Shown: positions 12,545-24,602 of the stretch, piece by piece
Layout: every line of letters begins with the position of its first letter
How positions within the stretch are numbered: the first letter of the stretch is position 1
NCBI GenBank assembly: GCA_045837725.1
Contig: JBEWZL010000115.1
Span: forward strand, 124,001 to 175,458
DNA length: 51,458 bases
Direction: 5' to 3'
DNA from: Vermamoeba vermiformis
Taxonomy: Eukaryota
Position numbers and translations under genes: made by a program
The notes under the pieces: model-generated
The model's database searches: none
What the model saw: only the letters and a program-made list of their open reading frames with translations
Told to the model about the DNA's origin: nothing

Positions 12545-13482
12545 TTAACAATCACTGTGCTCGGTATCCATGCCACTCATCACTTCCTGCATCTGGCGTT
12601 GCAAAGCTCTTATGGCTTCTGCGTAGTCGCGTTGCAGGGCATTGAAGGCGAATTCGAGTACACCAATGCGTGCTTCGAGCTGTTCAATCTTCTTTTTGTC
12701 TTCAGGGTTGGAGGGAACACTGCTGGCCTCTGAAGAATTGTTAGATGTGCACGTGTAACGCACAGGTTAGATCAACGTACCAGCACTGACAGGAGCAGTG
12801 GAAATAACAAAGCGCGAGGTATGACTGGGCTTAGAGACAGGTTCAGTAATCTCCAGTGCTTCTGCTGCTTCAGATTTGAGGGCAGCACTCGCTGATTTTT
12901 TGATCCGCACACCACTGAGTCTGGGGATGGTATGTGTCAACTAATTGCTTGTTTCATATAACGACACTTACTTGGAATCTATTTTTTCTGCTAGCACGGA
13001 CGACCGTGAGCCGAGAACGGTCTGATGACGAAAAGATGGTGAGATTAACGCGTTAATCTGTGGGTACAGAAAAGAACGTGACCTTACCTGAGTCCTCTTG
13101 GGTCGGGCCGTGATGGTAATTTTTCTGTGTTTGTTTGGAGAATGGTTTTCTTTGTGGGCCATCAAAGAGCTCAAGCGCTTAGCATCGAATTGGCTGGATT
13201 TGCGGCCAGGTTTTGGTGGAGACATATAAAAACTCATCCTACCATCTCTAGTGTGATTATGCTCGTCGACCATATTTAATTCGTCCTCTTTTATTTGCTC
13301 TAGATCAATGACGCTGAATTCGGAGAACAAGTTAGATGTGCCCAATAACAAGAGATTTTCATGGTAGTTTACCTTAACCTAGGATCTGCATGTGAATTGT
13401 ATCTAAGTAATTCGTCAACACCGTCCCACTCATTGGAGCCCAAATCTACTTGAAGCAATTTGTTTTGAAGGGGAGTAGTCAT
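12545..13482 (-). CDS. Uncharacterised protein with KEN box and C-terminal coiled coil; spliced
   Basis: ATG at 13482; exons flanked by GT/AG; HKENHS motif; terminal heptad-like KKKIEQLEARIGVLEFAFNALQRDY. No family recognised. Confidence 0.65.
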
Positions 13483-13574
13483 GATGGCGTACAGTAGTGG
13501 ATAATAAATAAATAAAAGTAGTCTTGTTCCTCGTTCCTAGCTCTTGTTCGAATGACGAAAATTGAGACAAAAGA

Positions 13575-13608
13575 TTTCGAAAAAAACGGCTAGTTGGGAG
13601 GCGCGAAA
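13575..13608. promoter_or_regulatory. Cell-cycle-type promoter cluster: CHR-like TTTCGAA, MYB/MSA AACGG, E2F TTTCGCGCC
   Basis: TTTCGAA at 13575-81, AACGGCTAGTT at 13585-95 and GGCGCGAAA at 13600-08, ~100-125 bp upstream of ATG 13482. Confidence 0.5.
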
Positions 13609-13792
13609 ATCTCTGAAGCGTACAGTAATAATATAATTCGGTTATTTATTAACAAGGTTGATTCTTATATTACAACAAAATCGCGGCGAGGCTTGTAACT
13701 CGAAACATCAAAGCCAAAATCGGAGAGCAGATCCTCGCCCTCTCCTTACTGCGCAACATTTGTATTGTACAACGCTCTACATACTGCGCTGA

Positions 13793-15312
13793 TTATGAAG
13801 AGCTGCTAGAGTCTGAATCAGAGTCCGAGTCAGAGTCAGAACTCGATCGACTCGAGTCATCATCGCTCGCACTTGACGAGGCACTGGACGACGAATCATC
13901 TGTCCGACACGTGTCAGTCAGGCCAACAAATGTCACGTGTCTGTACGTACCTGAGTATTTCCTTCTTCGCTTCTTTGGTCGTTTGTGACTGCGCTGTCGA
14001 ATGCGCATTTGTTGTTTCATTTGTGCGGCACTCGTCACAATTCTCACACGGCCAGTTTCACTTTGTCGTCGCTTGCGTTTCTTCGGCACGAGTCTCTCGC
14101 GTTTGTTTCGTCGCTCACTGTCACTGCTGTCGCTGTCATCATACTCGGCTACTGCTCCCGTGCCATTGGCTGCAGGTACATTGTGCGTGCCATTCTTGTC
14201 TTCACCTTCAGTTTTGACCTCTTTGGGTACCTCACTCGCAGTGTGATTGACTTTGGTATTGTTCGGGTTGTTTGAGGGGTGTTTGGGTGGGACATTGGGA
14301 CTCGTTGTCTTGCGCGGAACATTTGATACGACTGGTTTGGGTTTAGTTGTCACGCCAGTCTGAGAGCCGGATCGTGTCAAACTGCTCAGTAGTTGATCGA
14401 TGTTGAATTCTTGTTTCTGCGGCTCAGTGCTCGAGGATACTTGTTTAGGCTTGGTGGGAGTGATTACCATATTTGGATTCTTTTTATACTCTTCCAAAGC
14501 TGCGGAGATAAAATTAGAATCCAGATCACCAGACTAAATATAAACTTAATGCCTTTCGGCAAAATTTTCAAGCCAGAAAAATTCCAAATATTAGATCTTA
14601 CTTTGTTTGACGCTTTCTTTGATCTGATCTTGCAGATCGTCCGAACTGTTAAAAGTAGATTCGAAAGTTGACCGCAAGTTCTCTACAATCTTTGTCCTGA
14701 TTTAAGAGGTTAGTATAATGCAATATAGCTAGGGGAAAAGGCTGTAGGAACTGGTAGGAAATTAAACCAGACATCCCGCTCGATTCGTTTGTCGCCGTAC
14801 TTTGTGATTTCACTATGCAAGTCACGCGCAAGATTCTGCTTATTTGTTTTTTTCTCATCGAATTTCTGTAGTTTTTCGCTTGCTTCAAGCACTTGCAGCG
14901 TATTCTGCTTCACTTGGTCAATTATGCCCTGTGAAAAATACAATTAATGTTAATATTTAAGACACATCGCTATTATAATATAGTAACGATTATAAAAATA
15001 ATTGTAATAATTTCTCGGGATAAAAATAACGGTGTTACGGCAGATCTACCGCGCTTTCGCACCACAATCGCACATAACATCGTTATCATTGACACGGGTT
15101 ATACGTGCCTCTGATTTTAGGCGCTCGATAAGCTTTGATTTCCAGAGGTCAAAGGCTCCCGAACTTTTTATATGATCGATAAGCCGTTGCGGATCCATTG
15201 CAATTCCATTTGTCTTCTATGCGTGCAACATATTTGAGCCTTCTCAATATTCTTAAGGCAATGAATCGTGTCGGTCTATGCAGTCCTGGCAAGAAATAGC
15301 ACTGACCTTCAT
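13793..15312 (-). CDS. BOD1/Shg1-like (COMPASS-associated) N-terminal domain protein with basic and Ser/Asp-rich tail
   Basis: MK-KTNGIAMDPQRLIDHIKSSGAFDLWKSKLIERLKSE-GIIDQVKQ resembles the BOD1/Shg1 pattern (lv..lKs.G.FD..R). NLS-like KKRKRR and KKRRRK; SD-repeat C-terminus. Confidence 0.6.
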
Positions 15313-15366
15313 TTTTGAAATTTATTTGTCTGCTTCAACACGGTCCTTGCGCACATCGAAGCGACA

Positions 15367-16460
15367 ATGAACATCAAATCACTTACAATATTACTGGCAT
15401 TAATACTGTGCATAGGAGCTATAACAACGGTGGAGGCAAATGTCATTGAAGCCGATGACAAAATAGTGCAACACTTGCTCGATACTTCAGACGTATTTTA
15501 TTTGGAATTTTATTCACCATCGTGTGGTATGTATTTAGTTATTATAATTTAGCGATAAAACAATTATTAAAATTTCAGAGAGAATAATCGAAGTGCGGAA
15601 TTTACATCGCGGGCTCAATCAATATTATTTAATTAACATTAACTTCTTAGGTCATTGCAGAAAATTTGCGCCAGTGTGGGAGCGCGTTGGCAAGGCATTG
15701 TTTGGCGCAGTGCCAGTCGCACGCGTCAATGTGCAACAACACAATGCACTCGCGAACAAGTACGGCGTGCGATTTGTGCCCGATGTACGCATATTTGAGC
15801 GCAAAGGTACGCACTATATACACGCAATACTATAGTACTATTGCCATGCAGCGTACTGACGAGGGTGTTGCAGCGGACACAGCAATCAATCGCGGTGAAT
15901 TGACGCCAGTGCAGCTCGCGCAAGTGATCATGGCCAAGCTGTCAGTGCTCGAGGTCACAGTGGAGGGCCTGGCTGCATTCTTGGGCATTGCTCCTGACTC
16001 ACCTGTGGACCCTGAGGACGCCATCCCTCGTGTCCTGTTGCTGCACCGCGACGAAGATGAGCGCGTCAAAGCATTCGCCGCACTTCAAGCACAGCACAAA
16101 GAGCGCGTCATCTTCGGTGCGCTGTCATACTCGCACAGCACTGCCGATGCGATTGCAGCAGTCGTGGGTGAGATAGCGACCAAGGCTCAGGTCCTCACAG
16201 CGCAGCACAACAAAGTGCTCAAGATCAGTGCCGTCGACACTGCGCGTGTAGAACAGCTCGTGACAGGCCTGGCTAACCGCACGGAGGTCATGGTGCAGAC
16301 TGAAGAGCAGATTGTAGTCACCAAGTCGCGCTCTTATTCCTTGTTCAATATTGTGTTCTTTGGCTCGGTGCTCGTCGTGGGCTACTTTGTCTACAAAGGC
16401 TATGTCAAAAAGCAAGATCCGCGAAGTCGCCACAAGAAGAACGACCATCTCTATGTGTAA
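15367..16460 (+). CDS. Secretory thioredoxin/PDI-family type-I membrane protein (TMX-like)
   Basis: Signal peptide; FYSPSC-GHCRKFAPVW (CGHC split by an intron); C-terminal TM LFNIVFFGSVLVVGYFVY with a basic tail. Confidence 0.85.
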
Positions 16461-16808
16461 ATAAACGTCTCCTAAGGATTTCTTGGAAATGCTGTGCGCT
16501 GCTGGGCAAGATGCTTACGATCCAAAATTGTTTTGTTTTCACGCACATTGTCAAGGATCAACACCAACAACCAACAAAGATATTCTTGCGCGTTCAATAA
16601 TTATAGAATCAAACGGCGTCAAAACAACTAAGAATATAGAGGTATTAACACATTTCACACAACAAGAAAAAGATCAGTATGCAATTTAAAAAAATACAAT
16701 TTTTTATTACGCTTATATGTGCATGGGTGTCTATTGTACCTGATTGGAATTTAATTTAAAAATTGTTTTAAAAAATTATTTATTAAAGTCTTACAACCAG
16801 GAGAAGTG

Positions 16809-18462
16809 ATGGCTGAAATTGACTTGCCTGCCGAATTATTTGGTAAGCGGTGTAGTCAATAAATGTAATTTTCTGACTAATTGTAGGACTGGTATTTGAA
16901 AACTTGGAGATAAATCACCTCAAAGACATCAAACTCGTGTGCAAAAATTGGAATCGATGTGTTTGGGCTACGCGTAAGAGCATTGACGTCTCCAGTACCG
17001 AAACATACAAAGTACGCTAAAAATGATCACTCTGGACCAATTCCTTAATATGACTTGTTAGGCCAATATCCACGACGACAACCTCATTGCTATACTGCAA
17101 AAGACACGTCAATTACAGTCGTTGAATGTGTCCGAGACGTATTATTTGACCGCTGAAGTGTTGAAAAAGATTGCAGAGTTGGGCTTGCCATTAAAGAGGT
17201 GAGTGGAGTCCTTCACTATTCAGCTCGCGACTGACACGCGGCGCCAGACTGCAGCTGAACGGCACATTTGATTTGATGGGCAAAGACACTGCCGAGGCCA
17301 ATGTGAACATTGCACACTTGCGCACCTTGACCACGCTGACAGAACTGCAGCTCAAGTGGCACAAGTTCAGTGACGAGGGCATGCAGGCCTTTGAAAACAT
17401 GATCAACATGACGAGTCTCGATCTGACAGGCTGTGAGATGAAAGGTCCTGGCTTCAAACACTTGTCTCGCATGCACAAGTTGAAGCGACTCTACTTCTCG
17501 TTCTCACCCACTGTCACTAACGAAGCACTCGGCTACGTCGCACAGTTGACCTCGTTGCGCGTGTTGGAGATGCAGTACTGCGAACACATCACTGACGAGG
17601 GTGCTGCCAAGCTGTCAACACTCACTGACTTGACGCGCATCAACTTCCACGGATGCAGGTAAGTCATCCCTCTCATTCTCGCGACCCTCGCATTGACAGT
17701 GCAACAGCGGCATCACCGACGCTACGATTGAAATGGTCGTGCGTTCAATGCCCAATCTCGTGCAGCTGCACTTGTCCGACTGCTCGAAGCTGACTGACCG
17801 CGCTGTGGACATGATTCGAGGGTATGTTTTGACGAGCAATTAGCTGCATGAAGTACGACTGACACACCTCTAGCTTGAAGAATCTGACGGGTCTTTATAT
17901 GTACCGCTGTGAGGCACTCACGCCTGAGGCCCTCGCGAGCATTGCATCGATGGTGGACTTGCGCGAGTTGTACATCAATCGCACGCACGTGAATGACCAC
18001 GTGCTCGATAGTTATCAGCACTTGGTCAACTTGCGCAAGTTGTGCTTTGGCATGGGCGATCCAGCAGTATGTAGACCGACCACTAATACTCTCACTTCGA
18101 AAATAAGATCTAATGTTTGTTGCACAGGTGACGGATCAGGGCATTTTCTGTCTGACTTCGCTGCAGAACTTGGAGTGGCTCGACTGTACATCGGCAAGGA
18201 ATATTTCTAATGCCTCACTGAATGCAATTGCTCAACTGACTAATTTGAGGTAAGTTAAACTCCGTGCTATTTTTAGCGTACCGCGTTATTGAACGAAAAA
18301 TTTAGACGATTACGCATTGGCAAATGTCCTGGCATTGGTGACGAAGTGATTCCACATTTTGAGAAGTTAACCAACTTAATTGACCTCGATATCAGCGAGA
18401 CAGCTATTAGAAAAGACGTTGCCAAAGAACGACTTGGCTGGATCAAGCAGTTGCGCGTGTAA
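16809..18462 (+). CDS. F-box/leucine-rich repeat protein
   Basis: F-box DLPAELF-GLVFENLEINHLKDIKLVCKNWNR followed by many LRRs (LTSLRVLEMQYCEHITDEG, LKNLTGLYMYRCEALT). Confidence 0.9.
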
Positions 18463-18585
18463 TGTTTACTATTTGTTTTATTATCGTTTTATTTCACTGT
18501 AGTAAATAGGTTTCAACGGAGTTAGATTTTCAGATCGATCACCATCATAGTCACGTGTTTCTGTGAAAGACAAACGCGGGATTGA

Positions 18586-20100
18586 ATGTGGATCCAAAAT
18601 CCACCGCAAGTTACTTAACGTTCTTTTTGGTAATTATTGCCCTTTGTCATTCAGTCGCACAACAAAGCACAACAAGGCTATTCATATTTACTATTGTGAG
18701 CTTAACGTTAAGCTTCCTAGCACAGTCAGTAACAACTAGGCAAAGTAGATGCTTCAAATGTCAACGATCAGTTTTGTATTATACATCGGACTATGTATTT
18801 TACCGTTCAGCGTTGCCGAATGCGTACAGCCATTACTTCCATTCATTCCCCAGTGCTCTGGTAAGTTACTAAAGAAAAAAAATCTTTGTTATCCTCGCTG
18901 AATTTTGGATTTTCCTGGGTATCCCCGCACATACATATACTCGTACATTATTCGAATATATATTATTACATTCTTTATTTTACAAAAGGACATTGTATTT
19001 CCCTCGTTTTATTTCCGGTTGGATTAATCCGCCGTTATTTCCTTTTTAGGTAATGGTGAGTGTGTCTCGGATAGCTGCAGATGTAACGAAGGATTCAGTG
19101 GTCTTTCTGTGTTCTATAACGCAATAGGGCACGACTGCAACACTCACGAGCTGTCGTTTCACATCATTGCGTACATCTCATTCGGCGCGTGTTGTTTGGC
19201 CCTATTCTCAGCTGTCTATCGCCTCATCACATTTGCGCCGCACAAAAAATCCTCTTGGACTGTTGCGCGAGACCCCCTAATTATTCTCTGTTGTATTGTT
19301 ACTTCAACTGCACGTAAGTAAATAGCGAACTTGGATCAACTAGTGGCTAATCTCTCAATGAAGTGGGCTTGGCGTGGCAGGGGCTGTATCTCTTCGGAGA
19401 ATTCTACGTGCACAACAGCATTGTGTCGTGCATTCTGTTCATCGCCATGTGGATCATTCTCCAGATGACACTCTTCTACATCTTGCGCTCGTACATCAAT
19501 CTGGCCTGGACAACTGCACTGCAAAAGAATCTGCAGCCCTCGCATTTGACTGTATTGGCTGCACCACTCGCGGTCAATGTCCTCGGCAGTGGCTGCATCT
19601 TGGGCATTTATCTCAGTACGAGCCATGAGATGCAGATCGGTACGTCAACTGTTGCTAGTGCTACTGATATCGCGTACTAATGTCATTCAGTCTTTGCACA
19701 GAGTTTTGGCGGCGTGTTCGGACCGTGCTTGCTGTTTTTAGCGCTGTCGCTGGTCGTGATAGTATCGCTGATATTGAAGAGCATTCACAAGCATCTCAAG
19801 GTGTCGGACATAAACAAGCACACCAAGAACTACGAGATCATTCAGCGCGGCATTGCGAAGCTGCAGCAAACGCGATTAATTACGCTCATCTCGCTCGCTG
19901 TCCCATCCACCGCTACAGTGGCGTGGGTAATGGTGCCGCTGTTAATCACTTATTTGTTGCCACTCTTTTTTTTCCTGACAGCATTCAGCGACATCCTCTT
20001 TGTATTGCGTGTGTTGACTCCTGTGTCGAGCGATGACAACAGATCTGCTGCAGGAATGAGCGTGTCCAAGTCTGGGGTTTTGAGTGTCAATGATCGCTAA
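18586..20100 (+). CDS. EGF-like domain plus seven-transmembrane (GPCR-like) protein; start uncertain
   Basis: CSG-NGECVSDSCRCNEGFSG EGF motif followed by seven hydrophobic segments in spliced exons. Stop at 20098-20100. Confidence 0.7.
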
Positions 20101-20170
20101 TATTATATGAGGCTATTGCTTCATCGTGTATATTAGAATGTAAATAATGCGTCGAACTGAACCGGTTGTG

Positions 20171-20218
20171 CCGTTCGCGCCTTTTTATATTTGAATTTCA
20201 AACGGATAACGGCTAGTT
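20171..20218. promoter_or_regulatory. Cell-cycle-type promoter cluster (E2F TTCGCGCC, CHR TTTGAA, three AACGG MYB/MSA sites)
   Basis: CCGTT 20171-75, TTCGCGCC 20174-81, TTTGAA 20190-95 (inverted copy 20197-202), AACGG 20201-05 and AACGGCTAGTT 20208-18, upstream of the Borealin-like gene. Confidence 0.6.
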
Positions 20219-20282
20219 TTAAGTTACGCTCGCAGAATTATCTAATTCATTATTTTAATCTGTAAAGCAACACAACATTGAA

Positions 20283-21398
20283 ATGAGTCGTAGAAACACT
20301 CGCACACGAGCAAGTACATCGAGAAAGAGAAAGGCTTCCGACATCTCCATTTCGGATGAAAGCAACAAGGAGAACCAATGTAATTATGAAGAAGAAGAGC
20401 ATAAACGCGTATTGAAAAAAGCCAAGGTCAAGGCTTTATTGGAGGACTTTGATAACGAAGGTAAATTATAATAGAATATTGCAATAACCAGCAAATTTTG
20501 AATTATAATATTATAATATCGGCGTATTCGTTAATGTGTTCGCTATTAGTTGAATCTCGTGTACATAAAATGGAGATCGAATCCGAAAATATTTCAAAGA
20601 AGCTACGCCAATCAATGTATGTGTGGCTATTACAACTGCCTCCTCGTGTAAGGAATTTGCCGCTATCAGAGTTTGTGGAGAAATATCAAGGCGATTTGAA
20701 CAAGTACGTACTCCACTGACCAAACCGGTTTGTTCAATTCAAAATTAACCCGCACTCTTAGAGCTATGCGTGATGAACAAGTGTCCATGGCGAATATGTT
20801 GATGACACCGGTGCCTGGTGAGTACCCTCACGGTAAAGTATCATAATCTCGCAGAATATCCTTGACTCAACCTCGCTCAGATCGCAATGAACTCAAGTCC
20901 TCACTCGTGCGCGCAACACCACAACAAAGTGCCAGACTGCAACGCTACTTGAAGCAACGTGCTGCGCGCGATGAGCCGACGAGCACACCGAGTGTTGCAC
21001 GCCCCGTGTCACACACCGCTGGCGCTCAGACGAGCACCAATATGGTACCCACAGCTATTCAAAGTGCATCAATGACGCGATTGATGGAGCAGTCGATCAA
21101 AGCGGCTGAAAAGACCGTTGTAGGCAAGAGTTCAGCAGCACTCGACAAATTAGATCGTGACTCCGCTGAACAACAGATCTTGATGGCCACTCGCACACCT
21201 ACTCGCCCTAAGACTGCGCGTAAGTAGACTAATGAGGTATAGTGCATATCATGTACTTATTCTTCTCTAGCCAAGCGTCCTGAGATGGGTCTGTTGTCCT
21301 CACTGAGCGACACGACTACGAGCAAAGAGGACAAGTTGAATGCGATCAGAAAGATGAAGCAACAGATGGAGATGTTGGAAAAGATGTACTCGCAGTGA
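20283..21398 (+). CDS. Borealin/Nbl1 N-terminal domain protein (chromosomal passenger complex subunit candidate)
   Basis: ALLEDFDNE-VESRVHKMEIESENISKKLRQSMYVWLLQLPPRVRNLPLSEF matches the Borealin_N pattern (l.dFD.Ev..R...l...lP..vR.m...eF). Also a KEN box and many TP sites. Confidence 0.75.
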
Positions 21399-21605
21399 GC
21401 TGTGAATGGAACGGCCAAGAACTGCTTTAATTGGCGGTTGTTGAGTCGTTCTAATGCTTCGTTATGAAGCACTTGTGTATAATAAACTGTGTTTTGCTAG
21501 ATCTGCCCTCGTCCTCGTGTTAATTATACATTGTTTTATTCGCTTGATAACAACACGAGTGCTATGGATATTATATACTGGTTATATTTCTATATATTAA
21601 CGTTC

Positions 21606-22261
21606 TTATTTGGCATTTTGAGCTGCCTTGATTTCACTTTCTGTCACTAATTTTTCCAAATAAGCAGTATTATCGATCGTAACAATAGCCTGTGTATTAT
21701 GCGCATATTAATATCACCGAGAACATAATGTAGCGGTTTCAATGTTACCTTCTTGTGGTTCTTCATTTGATAGAATCGTCGTGTAGTGTAGTCTCGTCTG
21801 ATTTTGCCATAGCTAACCAATGTGTTGACTTTTAATACTCGCAAGCCGTAGATTTTTTCGAGCTGTTTGTATTGATAATAATAGCCTGTTAGTTTGCTTT
21901 CTAGATGTAGCCAAAATAATGGTCGAGTAGCTTCTCGATAATTCATATATTAATTTTGCCAATAAAATTGCAATAATTCAAACGGGAGGGAATAATAATA
22001 ATAGGGTTATTGTCAGATAATAATTAATTAAATTATTGGATTAGCACCGAATAAATTTGTAAACAACAAAAAATTAAATTTACATTATAACTATAATATA
22101 GAACATACCTCTTGCTTAATTTCAAGTTTATTTTTATTTTTTGGTGTAATGAAGTTGATCACTCCTCGGGATGTAACAAAGTTACCACCAGGTTGAGGCA
22201 CCATAGTGGACTCAGGGAAAAATAGTTTCATAGCCTTAGCGGCTCCTCGTCGTGCTGCCAT
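21606..22261 (-). CDS. MRPL23: Mitochondrial ribosomal protein uL23m
   Basis: FITPKNKNKLEIK(Q)-LEKIYGLRVLKVNTLVSYGKIRR...KNHKK-AIVTI is the L23 signature (K.eIk..le.iygv.V..VnT...GK.kr...KKAiVtl). Arg/Ala-rich N-terminus. Confidence 0.88.
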
Positions 22262-22446
22262 TGTGTATGTATTTTACTTGCAATAATGAATGAAATCAGT
22301 CGCAACAAACAGACCTGGTCGAGCTAAAATGACAGCCAACGACTGCAAGACTTAATGGCAGGTTAATTTGAGGCTTATGTTAATCAAATATTTACATGTC
22401 GCTTATTTACACAGATATGGACAAACAGATCGCGATCTGTTTATAT

Positions 22447-23228
22447 TCACTGGGCCAAGCTGAACTCCGTGGCAAACGATTCGAGCAGTATATTCACTCT
22501 ATTCTTATTCAATAGTGGTTGTGTCATCCACGCAGCGATATAGAGCATCAAAGTGTTGCGGTCAGTAGACGAGCAAATGTCCTCGCTCACTGTCTTCTTC
22601 AGTACCAGATCTTGCGACATCATCATTATTAATTCTTGTATGTTATCCACTGCATGATCGAAGGTGTTGGTGTGAGTACTAAGATAAATAACAAGTCTGA
22701 TTACGTACGACAGGCCTGAAAAGTGAGTGTTTGAAGTAGCGGATGTGCATTGCCGAACAGAGCACCGTGCTCGTTGACAGCGGTGTGATATTGACGCGCT
22801 AATTGTTGTTGTTGTACTAGCGCGCGCTTCAGCTGGTTTGTCTGGATTAATGGATAAGAATATATAACCACGATCGAGGTGTCAGATCCAACGTTCGTAC
22901 CATGTCCAACAAAGTGTCTCTTAATTTTTGTAATATTTTTTGAACTTCGATTTCGTGTGCACACTCTTGTTCTGCGCGCTCTTGCTCATCTTCAGCTTGA
23001 AATGGATCTGCAGCCATATAGCTGATTGTTTGCTTATTAAAACAATTAAAAAATTAAATTGAACGCTTACATTAGTCCTAAATGATTATTAACGAGTTCG
23101 TTAGCAAGCTGAGTGCCGCGCGAAGATAGATCGTCCCATTTGCCCAGCACTTCTTTGATTAGCAGCACTGTATCTTGCACTTTCTTCTTATAGAACGACG
23201 TCAGCTTATTCAGAGCTTCTTCACTCAT
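22447..23228 (-). CDS. C1orf109(AIRIM)/CINP-like coiled-coil protein
   Basis: GKWDDLSSRGTQLANELVN at the N-terminus and QDLVLKKTVSEDI...LMLYIAAWMTQPLL at the C-terminus resemble this family (el.lK..i...l..Y...W..qP.i). Confidence 0.6.
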
Positions 23229-23331
23229 CGCGAGTCTCTGTGCTGGACACTGGCAGTGACTAAATTAAAATAATCATTTGTTCGCTTGAGTGAAAACAAC
23301 ACGACACACGCACAATCAACTTCAGTCCAAT

Positions 23332-24436
23332 ATGAACAATAACGGCAATTCAATACTATTTATACATAACACTGTTCAATATTACGCTTTGCTGGACGTG
23401 ATTGACAATCCAAAGAAAATTCTTTCCTATGGCAAAGACTTACTACAAGAAGTGAAAATAATTGGAGAAAATGCCAGTATAGAGGTATTAAATATTGAGC
23501 CCGCAAACTTTCTGGGTATTTGCTAATTGCTATTTTTTTTAAAAAGGAATTGATGGTTCAAATTCAGCTTGTAGACCCCACAAAGATCGGTATAACGAGA
23601 AAGGGTATTAAGTTACTAAAAAATTACACAATTGGCTCGGAGGTGTGCCCAGAACACGAGTTTGTACTTCCTGCGGAGATCTGGCACCAAATTATCGATC
23701 TGCTGGCGACAGATGATGTATGGAGTGCTGCGCGATGTCAATTCATCAACAAAGATCTGCACGACATTGTGTTGAGTGACTTAACTTGGCGCAATGTGTA
23801 CGAAGACTGGACCAAGACCCAAACAGATCCCAATCTGACACACTGGTACACTCGCTTTGTGAAAGAAGGTATTGTTATTTGCGCTTGACTAGTATACTCT
23901 CATTGGTAGAACTCGACTGATAACACGTTGATAGCGTTGTGGACACGCAAGGTACAACTTTCTGCAGACGTCATTAGCCGCTTCAACGACAATTATTATT
24001 GCGAAGTGAAGGCCGTAGAATTTACATCTGATATGATCACATTGCATATTGACGAGCACGGCGATTACAGCTTGGGTACGTAGATGTCACTGACATTAGA
24101 CTATACTTGACGACGCTGACCTCTGTGTCAGGCCAGATACAAGACCCTAAAGACTCGCAATTGTTGACTGTTGTTGGCTCGTTTCCTATGACAAAGTCTG
24201 CTCTCGTACATTCTGCATTTGAAATTGCCGATCCGAGGAGCAGGTATCTCGGAGTACTCGGTTATAAGGCCAGTTATGCCATGGGAGGAACTTATTCGTT
24301 CCGCTATGGCCAAGGAGGTTATGATGAGGTGAAGCTATTTGATCTGACCGAGGAATTTATACAAAAACACAAGTTACAGCATATTATTGAGCGCTGGTCC
24401 ATGCAATTTATGGGAGCTCTATCGCAAAGCTCGTAA
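23332..24436 (+). CDS. F-box protein with uncharacterised C-terminal domain
   Basis: VLPAEIWHQIIDLL...AARCQFINKDLHDIVLSDLTWRNVY is an F-box; spliced exons run to the stop at 24436. Confidence 0.75.
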
Positions 24437-24602
24437 ACTAGCGCTGAATCGTGTTCTGCACGAGCGAAATAAATAACAAAAAAGGGCGGCAAAACTTGGT
24501 TTTTGGCTTCCCGCCCTTTCGGAATTTAAATGTTTTCGGGTCGAGAATATTTAGTTTGTCTTTAGAATCGAACACACTACCACACGTCATCTTTATTTTA
24601 AA

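Noticed and set aside
16483-16689. 68-aa ORF upstream of the F-box/LRR gene
   Set aside because: Non-ATG start and no motif; more likely promoter or 5' UTR exon with a donor at ~16641.
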